The notes under the pieces are model-generated. The model was given only the letters and a program-made list of their open reading frames with translations. It was not told the origin of the DNA and did not search any database. A stretch of DNA of 64,000 nucleotides, taken from contig OZ024746.1 in the NCBI GenBank assembly GCA_964016885.1, positions 5,642,001 through 5,706,000 of the forward strand, given 5' to 3'. The DNA comes from Eledone cirrhosa (Eukaryota). Made by a program: the position numbers and the translations under genes. Shown here in pieces: positions 14,451 through 28,869 of the stretch (its first letter is position 1; every line of letters starts with the position of its first letter).

Positions 14451-14554
14451 TAATCATCTTATGTTATTTATTACATAAATAATAAGCTCTATAACCTACA
14501 TAGAGCACTCTTTTTTCCTGGACCTTTCCTGGACACACACACACACACACACAC

Positions 14555-14592
<38 letters not shown>

Positions 14593-14704
14593 TAGTTGGA
14601 TTAATTTTATTCACACAATATTCTCATTTCGATGAACAGAGATTAGGAAGCACAGCTAGTAACGTTACACTATATGTGTATATGCATTAACCCCCCCCCC
14701 CCCT

Positions 14705-14774
<70 letters not shown>

Positions 14775-15545
14775 ACATGTAACAACTGTAATAAGTGGTC
14801 ATGAAACAAATTGAGTGAATTTCATTGACAGATTGTATTTCACTTTATTCTGTCACTTTGTGTGCAGATGTTGGTTGTCGTAATTGTTGATGTTACCATT
14901 GATTTCCATATATTTAATGTTTTGTTATTTTCAAAACTATTTTTATTGCAGTTGCAGTAATCGTCTAAATCATCGTCACTTTGTCGTGCATTTCTTCCTC
15001 TTTTCTTATCAACACAGCACTTACCAAAATGAAATAACGAAAGCAAAATGCAGTAACTACTAACTCATTCTACAAAATGATTCTTAAATATTACATAAAA
15101 ATACAACTATATAAATGCGAAATCAAAAATATTTTTAAAACTCACGGTAGAGTAAAAACGAAATAGAAACACACTAGCAGATTTAAAATCTGTTTTATCG
15201 ATTAATTGTGATGTAGTTGCCATCTTGATGTTTACTGGAGAAGAAAGTAACATATAAACAAACGTCATACAATATTTGCCGTAGATGATGTTAGTGCCCA
15301 GGTTTATAAGGTATTGATTTTATGCTTGGTATACTACATCGTAAGGTACTTGTCTGAGCACTTAACCGGTTTTAGAGGTTAAGCTAAGTGACTGAACAAT
15401 CTGTAGAATAAAAAGAAAAACAAAACAGACAAAAGAAAAAGAAAATTAAATATGAGTCATCGGCAAACCTACTACAAAATTGAAGTCTTTTAGTATCGTT
15501 GGGGGAACTTTTTCAAAGAATGTATCAGATTTCATGTTATCATTA

Positions 15546-15650
15546 TCCCGCCGAGGTTAACGTTGCCTGTCATTCTTACGGGGTCGATAAAATAAAGTAC
15601 CTGTAATACACTGTGTAATTGCTGGCCTTGTGCCAACGGTAGAAACAATT
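15546..15650 (+). mobile_element. SINE S1, 5'-truncated
   Basis: TCCCGCCGAGGTTAAC...GGGGTCGATAAAATAAAGTACC...GTAGAAACAATT. Confidence 0.9.
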
Positions 15651-16495
15651 ATCACATAGATGTTTATTTATTTTATTACACAGAACGTATGTCAGCCCTC
15701 TTTAAAATTGCTTCTTTCCACATCCACCATAGTATACTGAGGGAGCATATCTCCTAAAATATCTGGTATTCTGTGAAGGCTCAATAGACAATTGCTGGTT
15801 AAATTTAGTGTGAAGGTCGTGGACACTGCAAACATAAGTCAATCAGATGTAACATTTCAAACTCTTGCGATTTTAACGTCATTCTATCCACACCGACAGC
15901 TCCATCTATCAACTTGTTTGTATTTTTCTGTAAATAGTATTTGAAGACAGCCATGTAATTGAATCACTTATCACTCGAGTAAATGGACAATATTCAAAAA
16001 TCTTAAAGAAAGTGTTTCGTAGCCATATGTTTATTTCAATTCACTAGACAAAAGCTGCTTCATTTCGTGCAAATTCCATTTAGCCGTCAGAACAAATCAA
16101 GAGTATGGACTGCAAATTGAAAAGAACTTCAATGAAATATAAGTAATATTTCAAAAGATAACGATAAATATAAGCCAAGAAGGATGTGTCATCGGTGTAT
16201 CGACAATTAGGGAATCAAAAAATATCTCAAGGATTGTATTCAGTGATGGAATTGAAATCTGTTTCCGAAATAATCTACTTTAAATATGCATCTTTAAAAT
16301 CAATTCTATAATAATAATTTCCATATTTCATAATTGACACATTTTCAGTTTGGTTTTATTTACTGAAAAGGAGTTTTAAAATGATGGATGTTTGTTTGAG
16401 AGAATGATATTACTTTAATGTATATTTTGTTTCTGTAATAAATTTATCTCAGCTATCTATTATTTACATATTTCCCAATGTGTATATAAAATAAC

Positions 16496-16585
16496 TGTTT
16501 CTACTTTAGGCACAAGGCCAGCAATTAACCAGTACATTACTGGTACTTTATTTTATCGACCCCGTAAGGATGAAAAGCAAAGTTA
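16496..16585 (-). mobile_element. SINE S1, 5'-truncated
   Basis: 3' half of S1; TSD AATGTGTATATAAAATAAC. Confidence 0.9.
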
Positions 16586-17179
16586 ATGTGTATATAAAAT
16601 AACATGGCAAAACAAGGCCGCTTAAAACTCGATGCAAAATACAATCGGAGATCTCTAACTCACCAGCTGTCATTTGAGATACTTTTTGGTGTCGGTTCTA
16701 CGACAGTGCCCAGCATCCCAATGCCCCTATCGGATACAAATGCAATGAAGACGAGACAAGAAAACAAAACGATAAAATTGCTGGCGAAATAAAATGAAAC
16801 ACGTAAATAGCAGCACGAGGCGAGAACTTTCCTAAAATAAAACACGATGAAACACGACAGACAAATATGTGGATAGGCAATCGTAGGGAAAAGGAAAGGT
16901 TTTTTTATGAACTAGTCGAGTGATAAATATAGGGTACATCACGAGGTGAACTGACTGGTTCAACGTTTAGGCTGGGATTGGCCAAACTCTGAGTGAGAGA
17001 TTATAAAAACAAAATTTAAAGATGGAGAGGGTCAAGGGGAGAATTACAGGGAATGATAGTGAGATGGAGAGGACAAGGGGTCGAAAAACTAGTAAGAGTC
17101 CCAGAGGATAAACAAATAATGACTGATGAGGATTCATAGCAGTGTTAAACAACTCATTTAGGTATCAAAATAGGATCTA

Positions 17180-17251
17180 TGTGTGTGAGTGTGTCTGTGT
17201 TTGTGTGTGTGTGAGTGTGTGTGTGTGAGTGTGTCTGTGTTTGTGTGTGTA

Positions 17252-17340
<89 letters not shown>
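17180..17340. repeat. (GT)n microsatellite
   Basis: Read directly. Confidence 0.97.
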
Positions 17341-17341
<1 letters not shown>

Positions 17342-18449
17342 GTACAGCCATCCGTAAAATCCTTGAACCTGTTTACCAACTGTTATTTCTAAAGATATTT
17401 TGTGAAACCTTTTTTTATTAAGTGGTACGGACACCTCATTTTCCACATGATACTTCTTGTGTTTATTTATGTGTAAATCTATAAAAGAATATATAAATAA
17501 ATATGCCCACTATATTACTATTAGGAACAAATAATTTGTACATAGGTTCTTTCCTAAAATAGACACTAGTTTCAGTGAAAACTGTACTCTGCAATGGTTA
17601 AATAGTTTCTTTCAGCTACATAGTTAATTGACCATTACTTAAATAGTTTGAATTTTGAAATCTTTCGATTTAATAATACTTTCATTTATTTCTTGTCTAT
17701 TTCATTGGGTTTACTTCCAGACTGGTGGCACGTTTATTTATTCGCATCATTGTAATCAGATTTGATTTGTTCTTTTACACACACACATTTCTTAATATCT
17801 TGTTATGCCTTGAGATAGATTTCAATGTAAAACCAAGAAACATTCAAGGTGTACTATACTTGTGCATGACAGAACTACTTGTGTTTGAGAGTTCTTAGTA
17901 GAAAGAAACCAAAAATAACTTTTTGAAAGCATGCCCTAAAGATAAAAAAACACGTTATTCAATAAGATCAAGAAGACATTTCTTACGAAAAGAAATTATT
18001 TGGTTTTACAATGTTGTTATGCATGCATTCTCTTTTCCTTCGGGCTTAGATAACAGAAACTAATAACATTATTATTTAAATCCTCCAACGTTGAAAGCAA
18101 GGTTAACAAAAACGAAAAAATAATTTACTAAAGCGTATCCTTTACATTTGATTTCTTGTAGTAACGTTAAAGATTTCGTGTTAAAGCAAAACAAAACTTA
18201 AGGACATGAGCGTATTGCTCTATAGAAACATAATTAGATAAATTGAGTAGATGAGTATACACGTATAGAAACATCTAAAAACGTTATATCATTAGAAGGT
18301 ATATTTCAGCTGTGAATATATTACATTAACAAAATATGTGATTATAGTTATACTGATATAGGTTTCTTAGTGTGTTCGGTGTTGTTGTCTCGGGTAATTA
18401 TTATATATTCTGATAATATCATTATATCTGATTATGTCATGTAATCTGC

Positions 18450-18822
18450 AAAGAAAGATCCAAACAGTGGAGATGAGATTCTATTGAAAATTCCTGGATA
18501 TTGCCCCACACAGAACACATCACGAACCCAGAGGTCTGCAAAAGAATCACTCAGCAAGTGAACCCCTTTAAAATATGCTGACTACAGTGAAGAGGAGGAA
18601 GGTTAGTTAGTATGGGCATATAACAAGATCGGACGTACTCTCCAAGAAACAGTGCGAGGAAAGAGAAGGTGGGACAGACAAGAAGCGGTGGACGAACAAC
18701 ATAGCTAAGTGGACGGAAAAGAACTTTGCCGCAACCCAAACACTAGCCCAAGATCGACAAAGTTTGAGGCAGGTGGTGCCGCGTTCAAACACTGCAGTGT
18801 CCCAACAACACCGATGATGAAT
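18450..18822 (+). mobile_element. RTE-like LINE 3' fragment
   Basis: Decayed frames RKIQTVEMRFY...MLTTVKRRKVS*YGHITRSD...KKRWTNNIAKWT...LAQDRQSLRQVV. Confidence 0.85.
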
Positions 18823-19169
18823 CTGTAGTATTTTATGAATTCACACAATAAGACAGGATACTTCAAAATTTGCCTCTTCTTTATTTCATGGCCACAAGAT
18901 AATAAGAATCTATCGCATGATATGTAGAAAATTGATTCTTTAAACACTTTTAGATATCTTTCATGAAATCATTATGGGATCTTTTCAGTTGACCAATTTA
19001 AAAGTACATTACTATTAAAATATCCATTGCTATGTAGAAAAACCGCTAACTAGAAATAATTAGGTGGTAGAAAAGACTATACTAGTTACCGATAAATATA
19101 ATTTTGATAAAAAGAGACACTGCTGCTGATGTATTAGAAAAATATAGACTTCATCGGACCTGCCGAAAT

Positions 19170-19344
19170 AATTGTTTCTACAATAGGCACAAGGCCAGCA
19201 ATTATCTCAGTGTATTACTGGTACTTTATTTTATCGACCCCCGTTAGGATGAAAGGCAAAGTTAACCTCGACGGGATTTGAACTCAGAATAGCAAGGGCA
19301 TCAAAGCATGGCGTCTGACCCTCTACCGATACTGCCAATTCACC
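19170..19344 (-). mobile_element. SINE S1
   Basis: Near full-length match to the S1 consensus. Confidence 0.92.
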
Positions 19345-20929
19345 AATGTTGGCAGACCACTGCATACATGCCCGTATCTTGTCAGTTTTGACTGCCAATT
19401 TGTCTAAGATATACTTTATTAATTTTGTCATAAATTAATGCAATGCAATGCTATGGATATTTGTATTAAATATCACAACAATTATTTAGTTTATTATCTT
19501 CCAGATGCATGCAATAAATTTGAAGACGACTTCCTCATTTTATTTTTTTTATAATTTAGAATGTTTAGACTAAGAAAACATTGGGTGTATTATTACTGCC
19601 GGAATTATACGAATTAAAGACATATTCCTACACATGCGTTGGACAAGAAAGGACTTCTGCTATAATGATTTTACAGAATACTAGATTTTGCCTTCTCAGT
19701 ACATGTTTAAAATGTCATAGTTCGTCAGAACATCAAGTCATTAACTTATGACATTTATGTAATTATAATATATATCGAACAAGAGTAACAATGCCTTCTG
19801 ATACTCGAGAGTTAAGTCTTAGTTTTATGATGTTACATAAAGGAGTAACTGTGTTTAATACCTGGTTAGATCCACACTTCACTCCTTAGTATCACGTTTC
19901 CCACCAAGATATTAACATGCATTTATATCTAATGTAGAGTAGGAATAGATTGCCAAAATACTAGTGAACCCACTGTACGTTTCGATTTTCAATTTTAAAT
20001 ATATATATAAACTTGCTGTTAATACAATTTATGTTACACCATCAACTTTACCCCCATAAATATATATCTCATAAATATAAACTGTTGTACTATGTAACAA
20101 AAGAAATCAATATTATTTCAGGATATGGCACTAATTTCGTTGCGCTTTATACTGAATCTAAACGCTCAATTTTTGAGTGCCAAAAATAATGCCTTTCCTT
20201 GTGCACGCTTTACGAATATTTTGCGCTTAAATTTTCTACTGGTTTACTAAGAGTGTGATGTTTATTTTCAATTATTTCTACATTAAGAATCCAGTGGGAG
20301 CGTCGACAATTGAAAACCAAGAAATTACTTTGAAGCATTAACACCACGTACAAGCTAGTGTTTACATCATCGTCTTAATAGCTAATACATCTACTTCAGG
20401 AGAGTTGAAATGTATAACAACATAACAACATAACAAATGTATAACAACATAAGCGCTACGTATAAAGTATTGTTAAGATAACATAGGTGATGGTGAACTG
20501 TTTCAGAAGTATGAAGTGGGTACTATAATGCAAATTCTCAACAGAGATGGAGAGCATCTTATCGATTTGACCATTTGAAACACTTTGTGAAAAAGAAAAC
20601 AGCTTGGATTAAATGCCTCCCTTCTGTTTACTAACCAATTAAATACAAACATTCAATAATCAATGATGTCACCTCTACATAGTACATCGACTGGTTAGAC
20701 AGAGTCAGATCTCTCTCATATCACATTATATCGTCTGTACGCGTTGCATGAGGACATATTAGATAGCTGGATGATGGCAGTGACAAAGCCCATGATCATA
20801 ACTTTACACGGCTGATCTGGGATTAAACAAGTCTCTCCCTATATATGTTTAGATTAATAACACCCTCATTATATTCATAAACTTCAGACATGTATAACCT
20901 AGATTTTAGATTCTGTAGACGTGAAATCG

Positions 20930-21130
20930 TGGTGGCGTGTTGCCTAGTGCTAATGTTGTTGAACTTGCGATCATTAAGTCGTGAGTTCCATTCCTGTTTT
21001 CTGTTGTGTTCTTGACTAAAGACTTTATTTAATATTGCCTCAGTATATGCAGTTGAGAATGAATACCAGCAGCAATAGCTGGTGGTTTAACCAGGGGGAG
21101 GGGTTTTGTACTCTCCGACAGTGGGATAAA
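20930..21130 (+). mobile_element. tRNA-derived SINE family S2 (CORE-like), degenerate
   Basis: A-box-like TTGCCTAGTGCT, B-box-like GAGTTCCATTCC, then TGTGTTCTTGACTAAAGACTTTATTT; similar to 23540-23720 and 54343-54500. Confidence 0.65.
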
Positions 21131-21452
21131 CACTAGCTTGACGAGCCTCCTGGCTTGAGACACACTTTAACAATGTTATGGATTGGCGTCCAGTCGGCGG
21201 GGAGCATTGAAACAGACGTAAGACATAACGGGATCTCCTAATTTCTTACCACAGCAACACACTTTATAATCTTGAAATGTATAAACTGTTAAGAAACAAT
21301 AATCACTCGACAATTCGGAACAATGAAGGAGGCAACGTCTAGAAATAAGTATTGTGTTGAGGGAATTTAATGTTATATCTAATCACTTGTTTCATCAGTT
21401 TTAAAAATAGCTTCAAATTCATATGGAAAAATATAGTAGTCAATCAATACAT

Positions 21453-22135
21453 ATACGTTACATATACACACATATGTATATATACTTCTAATGATATATA
21501 CATATGTATATATACTTCTACTGATATATACATATGTACACATATGTATATATACTTCTAATGATATATACATATGTGTACATATGTATATATACTTCTA
21601 ATGATATATACATATGCACACATATGTATACATAATTCTACTGATATATACATATGTATACATATGTATATATACTTCTACTGATATATACATATCTATA
21701 CATATGTATATATACTTCTACTGATATATACATATGTATATATACTTCTACTGATATATACATATGTATATATACTTCTACTGATATATACATATGTATA
21801 TATACTTCTACTGATATATACATATGTACACATATGTATATATATACTTCTACTGATATATACATATGCACACATATGTATATATACTTCTAATGATATA
21901 TACATATATATACATATGTATACATATGTATATATACTTCTAATGATATATACATATGCACACATATGTATACATATGTATATATAATTCTACTGATATA
22001 TACATATGTACACATATGTATATATACTTCTACTGATATATACATATGTACACATATGTATATATACTTCTACTGATATATACATATACACACATATGTA
22101 TATATCCTTCTAATGATATATACATATGTATATAT
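21453..22135. repeat. Minisatellite with unit of about 30-50 bp (CTTCTAMTGATATATACATATGTATATATA)
   Basis: About 17 variant units read directly. Confidence 0.95.
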
Positions 22136-22351
22136 CCCGCTAAGGATAACTACAAACGACTAGGTATTGTGTGTGTTTCTACTAAATATGAGAAAACTGT
22201 TTCAACTTTAAGCAGATATCCACGTATATATATGAATGGAGTAAGTATACACACAGCCACATATATTAGTATGAGTGTATGTCCATGTGTGGGGTGTGTG
22301 AATATACAATATATATATATATATATGAAGAAAGATACATTATATATACAT

Positions 22352-22455
<104 letters not shown>

Positions 22456-22563
22456 TTATCCTATATACATATATACATATACAAAGCATGTATACATACC
22501 TGCATACAAATATTCAGAAATGCGGGAATGTATATGAGTATGTCTATATATATGTATATCTAC

Positions 22564-22617
<54 letters not shown>

Positions 22618-22638
22618 GATATATATATATATATATAG

Positions 22639-22669
<31 letters not shown>

Positions 22670-22714
22670 CTCTCTTTCTCTCTCTCTTTCTTTCTCTCTC
22701 TCTCTCTCTCTCAC

Positions 22715-22745
<31 letters not shown>

Positions 22746-23338
22746 CATATATATATATAAATTGGGAGCGAGTGACGGCGGAGAAAGTGTGTGAAAGCGA
22801 GAGAAGGAAATTCTCAAACTATGGAGTCTTGAAATAGTTTTGATTAACGGCTTACCTATGCAGGGCTATAGGGAATAATCGATGAACTTATTGAATTATC
22901 CAAATGAAGTAAAAAGACATTTTGTAAAGTGAATTGATTATTCTTAGTGATCGATCCTGAAATTATTATATAGTAAATATATCTTGACTAATATATAGAC
23001 ATTTCAGAATTTCAATTTAGCTCTTAGTGCAAAAGTGTATAAGTACTGGCTTCATTTTAACCGAATATGACTTGAAATATATGTAATCTATATAAGCAAT
23101 ATAAAAAATACGAATCGTAAATTTAGAAATATGAAAGCAGCATACACACACTGACGCTCACACACACACATACACACACACTGACAGATACACACACACA
23201 CGTATGTACATACATACATACATACATACATACATACATACATACATACATACGTACATATGTATATGTGTCTGTGTCTATGTACGTATGTAGAGACCAA
23301 ACCAGATTCAACATGAGATTAAGACTTTAAACAGGGAA

Positions 23339-23399
<61 letters not shown>

Positions 23400-23539
23400 T
23401 ATATTATATATATATGTGTGTTTTTGTGTGTGTGTTGAGAGATCATAATATATTCGAGACAGAATAGTGCTGAATAAATGCTGGATCTCTTGTGATCAGA
23501 TGCATCCCACGCTGAACTGCCAATTCTATATATTTCGCG

Positions 23540-23720
23540 TGACTTCGTGGTTCGAGTATTGGATTCTCGGAAAGGCGATGCATTATGTCCTTGTGCGAGA
23601 GACTTTATTTCACATTGCTGTTTCAGCCAGGAGTTGGGACAGGTAGATTGTATCAGCAATTGGAGGACCAAAAGGAAACACTAATTCCTTGGTCTGATTT
23701 GACAAGTTCCCTCTCACTCT
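23540..23720 (+). mobile_element. SINE S2, degenerate
   Basis: ATGTCCTTGTGCGAGAGACTTTATTTCACATTGCT is shared with the copy at 54343-54500. Confidence 0.6.
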
Positions 23721-23877
23721 GTAAACGAATGCGGGTCAGGTATCTTGTCAATCTAATCTCTCCGTTCCACAATACCAACATTTAACTAACCTCGACCGCG
23801 AAACAAACCCTATTCGCAGTTTTGATTTACTAGAAATAAACTATTTACACGATGACGCTCTTTCATACAAACTCCCA

Positions 23878-23931
<54 letters not shown>

Positions 23932-23934
23932 CAG

Positions 23935-24024
<90 letters not shown>

Positions 24025-24025
<1 letters not shown>

Positions 24026-24268
24026 AATCTACCAAAATATACGGTAGTGTCTAATCCGTATGAAGAACTCAATGTAATCCAAATATCATGAAAAGAGAAG
24101 ATGCATTCAAAAATTTTCGATGAAAATCATAGGAAAACAGAGTCAAGGTAAACTAAGTTCCTTATATTAAAAATTCCTCATTTATCCTAGAAACGATCGT
24201 AAAATGATGAATTTTTTAATATAAGGAACTTGTTCTTTGGTTTTATACATTGTTTTTATTAATTTTTA
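24025..24268. mobile_element. Family B copy with fold-back and hammerhead 3' half
   Basis: Matches 2014-2184; GAAA-CGATCG-TA at 24190-24201 lies inside inverted repeat 24158-24229. Confidence 0.75.
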
Positions 24269-24277
24269 TATATATAT

Positions 24278-24512
24278 AAGAGAAGGAGTGAAGAATAACA
24301 CGGTAGGCTGAACAAAAAAGGGTTTTATTTACAGTATTAACAATTGTTTCATTGATCAGGTGAGTCTAAAGGCCGTTAATCACTCGAAGTTGAGTCACTC
24401 GACTTTAAATACAATGTGTGTTTCTGATCAAATGATCGTACTTTAAAACTTTCCATAGTACACAGAACTCCCAACCTCTAACTGGATTACCTAAAACGAT
24501 AACTTGTTATCC

Positions 24513-24513
<1 letters not shown>
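24278..24513 (-). mobile_element. Family G TA-flanked element with degenerate hammerhead
   Basis: Homologous to 52304-52513. Minus strand TTGATCAG...CTGATCAAT-GAAA-CAATTG-TT-AATACT. Confidence 0.75.
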
Positions 24514-24570
<57 letters not shown>

Positions 24571-25016
24571 GTTATGCAAGAAATGCTTAGGATTTAATAT
24601 TCATTTTTTGTATATATATATATATATGTGTGTGTGCGTGTGTGTGTGTAGGCACTCACACGTGTATCCTCGTTTGTTCAATATAAATAGTTCTAAACTC
24701 TTTATGGTAACTGTCGAATCTACCTCCCCTATGATGTGTTTATAATGTCGTGGAAACTCACCTTTAATATACTCTAATTTTCTTTATCAAATATCTATAA
24801 AAGAAGCTTATCAAATTTCGCAATGGCATTCTAATATTATACCAAGTCGTTTACTCACACAGTTTTTTTTTTGCTCTTTTTACTCATGCTGGTTTATCCT
24901 CATTAAACTCTAGGCATGCTTAGCTAAAGGATTCATGGGTTTTAGTCAATAATATAAACACCATTATTTAATCACATCTCTATAACAATACATCAAGCAA
25001 TCTCTCTCCCTCTCGC

Positions 25017-25061
<45 letters not shown>

Positions 25062-25422
25062 CTGTGTGCGCGAGAGAGTATGTGTGTGTATGTGTGTAGA
25101 TTATGTGTATCATTTTCTCAATCTAAAATTGTTGATATATATGGTACCATAAACATTATTTTATTTCTAAATAATAGGCTGAGTTATTGGAGTCGTTACA
25201 AGTTTTTTCCATTCCACAGAAAGTTTTGTGTGCTATATAAACTCGTTGAAAATCATTGATCTAATACTATTGGAACTCTGAAAAAATGTTATAATACATA
25301 GAAATGGTTCTCTTCTAGTAATATATAAATATCATGAAAGATATATACATAAACTGAATGTGTGAAAACTATTGTTTTCTAATAAACTGTTGAACACTTC
25401 TTTGTTCATTTCCGATTAACTA

Positions 25423-25526
<104 letters not shown>

Positions 25527-26040
25527 TTATATTTGTGTCTATATAAAAACTAAAACTAACATTGTTTTAAAATTATCTTAACAGTAATACTTCATTACTA
25601 ATATATAATTCTCGATCTCCTATGAATTTAATCAGTTATATCATACAGCTAATAAAAGAATTCTCCATGGAGCTTGTAATTAATAGAAATATATGTAAGT
25701 TTATCAGAAAATCAAACAAAAAATATTCGATCGTCCCTTGTGAAAACAGAAAAATGAAATTAAGAATGAGAATACTATGTGATATGAATGAAATACAGTG
25801 TCTCCGAACGCTATAGATTGAGGAGTGCTTGCAGCTTGAATTAAGAATAATTTTTCATTCCTGAAGAAACTAGAACTACATATGAGATTTAAAAAATGGA
25901 ACAATAGAATTGTTCTTCTCAGAAATATGGAAATAGTTGAAACTGATGATCAATCAATACAAAACATCCGAAAATTTCTTCACTATTTATATTAACTAAA
26001 AATATATAACTATGGAAATAATCAAACAATATACTGAGTA

Positions 26041-26246
26041 CGAGCGGGGTGCTGAAACGTTACTGCTATGTCGGCTGCTACAGAGGCCTGGTTGGAAACC
26101 CAACCTTCTCAGATAATTTTACAGGGCTTAGAAAAACTGAAAATCTGTGTAAATCTGTGAGAGGAATATGTTGAATAAAATAATAATTAAGTTATCCTCC
26201 TATATTTTCTTTTACCCACAACCAAGAACTATTCAGCACCCCGTCG
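26041..26246. mobile_element. Tc1/mariner-type MITE, second copy (inverted)
   Basis: TA|CGAGCGGGGTGCTGAAA ... TTCAGCACCCCGTCG; interior is the reverse complement of 13186-13401. Confidence 0.85.
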
Positions 26247-26861
26247 AATGTATTTCATCATACTTGTAGTTTCCTATATAGAACCAAGACTAGAAACTTT
26301 AACTGATACATTATTTTAAAATTATATCATCGTCTTTCATAGCTACTTCTCAATAGTTTCGTTTCACATTTCATGAGATTTACGATGCTTATTGATGGAG
26401 AGTCGTAGTTCTGGATTGATTGAGCATATACATCAAAGTTACGTCATTCACACTCCATTAATACATTTCAATGACTTACGCTAGGACCCTGTCTCACTTT
26501 TCATCAATTGTCTTAACTCATCTTCTGGAAACCAAAATGTCTACCGACCAATAAGGACCCAGCATCCGATGCAATCAGAAACGTGGTTTCATTCCTAAAT
26601 TCCAGTAATGGCCGTGCCCCCGCATAAACCAATAAATTTAAACTCAGCCTGATATTATCTGTATTTTCTTTCCTATTTACACAGTCGTATTATTGATATA
26701 TAAACTAATTTAGGTAGCACACCTTGTTTCCGAGGAATAGAACTGAATACATTGAACATTATACTAAATTATCTCTTGTAGTTGGAGGTGTTAAACAAGT
26801 TTCTCTTTTCTAGACTTTATAGTTTTGAAAAATCTAGATACATTCCATTATATAATGATTT

Positions 26862-27052
26862 TAGGGTGGTGAATTGGCAGTAACGGTAGAGGGTTGGACG
26901 CCATGCTTTCTAGCATAGTTACGTCCCTTTACAGTCTGAGTTCAAATCCCGCCGAGGTTAACTTTGCCTTTCATTCTTACGGGGTCGATAAAATAAAGTA
27001 CCAGTAATGTACTGGATAATTTGCTGGCCTTGTGCCTAAAGTAGAAACAATT
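26862..27052 (+). mobile_element. SINE S1, full length
   Basis: A box TGGCAGTAACGG, B box GAGTTCAAATCC, central GCCTTTCATTCTTACGGGGTCGATAAAATAAAGTACC (resembles Nin/Deu SINE domains, from memory); TSD TATAATGATTT. Confidence 0.93.
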
Positions 27053-27789
27053 ATATAATGATTTGCTAGACACTATTCTCGTGTGCTTTAGAGAGTAACT
27101 TGTGTCACGACTTGTGAGGATTTCTCTGGGGGGTCTTTCGTTTTCCTTCTCCTCCTTTAGTCTTAATAACTTCTGCCTTCTGTTTTATTAATACCGAACA
27201 ATTATACAAATGCATTTTCTCGGGGCTAAATGTTCAATATAATCAGCATATCAGAAGAATAGAACATAATTAAATAATTAGTATTAACTAAACATATCTT
27301 CATATTTTTACTGCACATTCAGATTAAGCTAGCTATCAAATATATCCAAATTGTTGAAAGGAATCATGAAACCCAATTAACAGTCGTTAGAATTTACTCA
27401 AGAAAGTATGTTTGGGCATCATAAAAACATTGTTTGCCTCATAGTTCAAACAGAATAAAGATAAAATAACTGAATTTGCATAACTTAAGCAACGTGTGTG
27501 TCCTTTTCTTTCTATATTGTCCACACAACTCTTCCTCGCGAATCAATAATCTTCAAAGATTAGAAGTAATCAATCCGGGGTTAAAGAGTAGATAATCCGT
27601 ACACAGACGAATTACCTCATTGTAGATGCTGCCCTGTCTGAGAAAGTGCACATGTTAAAGCAGCTCCTGGAAACTTCCAAACAAGGAATACAATGAATTC
27701 TAATTGTTGTTACACAGGAACAGTTCTTTCGTAATCACTTCAACCAATCTGGACTGATAAATGTTTTCACAATTTGATCAATTACACAG

Positions 27790-27835
27790 ACTATGGATAT
27801 TGCCCATGTATAGATACTCTTCGCGCTATCTTGAA

Positions 27836-27872
<37 letters not shown>

Positions 27873-28010
27873 TCGATGTCGATTCTCACAACTTAACAAC
27901 CTGCTATATTGAGCTAAAGACCAACAAACTACGATTCTCTAACAGAATCCTCGAACGCCCAATATCGAGTCGTCGTGGATTATGTGAGGGGCATATAATC
28001 TGAATAAGAC
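27790..28010 (+). pseudogene. Decayed Penelope-like Cys-linker/GIY-YIG endonuclease remnant
   Basis: Frameshifted GYCPCIDT ... FDVDSHNLTTCYIELKTNKLRF...LCEGHI resembles the PLE CxxCPxI...FxCxSxNxxYxxxC...YIGxT..LxxR pattern. Followed by a hammerhead and (TA)n. Confidence 0.55.
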
Positions 28011-28476
28011 GCTCCTCTGACTGTGAAAATGGTGCTGTATCATCACTTTGCTACGCATTTCCAATATTTGTAATGCTTATATTATTTCTCCACGCACAGG
28101 CTATAACATTCATATAAAGGATTCATTACCAGTTCAACCCCCTTAACACTCTTGATCACCCGTTTAAGTGCCTCTATTACATGTAACACTCTGCCGCACT
28201 ATAGTATTATATAAACAAGACACACGTGCTTGCCACACGTGTAACTATTGCACTCAATAACTGCTTATGACTATCCTACCGCATTAATTTCATGTTGTAT
28301 TTTAACCTGAATTTTTGATTTTATCCTCTTTTAATATGAATGTAATCTCTAAATGTATACTGCCACACTAAATGCTATAATGGATGTCGACCCACAAGCA
28401 ACAATGTTTGCATATGCATCTGTATGTCTCTTGGGTTGAAAAGGAGGTCATATATGTATTCATTCATTAATAAATT

Positions 28477-28522
28477 GGTCCGAAGAATCCAAACCTCGGT
28501 TTGGAGGAAACAATTGTAAGCA
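28477..28522 (+). ncRNA. Hammerhead motif (U4 to C)
   Basis: TGGT-CCGAAGA-A-TCCAAACC-TC-GGTTTGGA-G-GAAA-CAATTG-TA-AGCA. Confidence 0.75.
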
Positions 28523-28559
28523 TATAAATGTTTTGAACAGAACTTTGATTCTTATAACT

Positions 28560-28793
<234 letters not shown>

Positions 28794-28869
28794 AGCCGTC
28801 TAAATTCATGTATTCGCACTTCAAAGGCATTCTAATAAAAATGTCTATACATTTTTGAGAGACACCGAG

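Larger units (their letters stand above)
14285..14532. mobile_element. Family E palindromic element
   Basis: Inverted arms of about 95 bp (14285-14380 and 14386-14480) plus a 3' tail shared with 3040-3130. Confidence 0.85.

Noticed and set aside
21453-22135. CRISPR-like periodic repeat
   Set aside because: No unique spacers and no cas genes; eukaryotic minisatellite.
26862-26952. tRNA gene suggested by A and B boxes
   Set aside because: No cloverleaf; it is the head of a multicopy SINE with TSDs.
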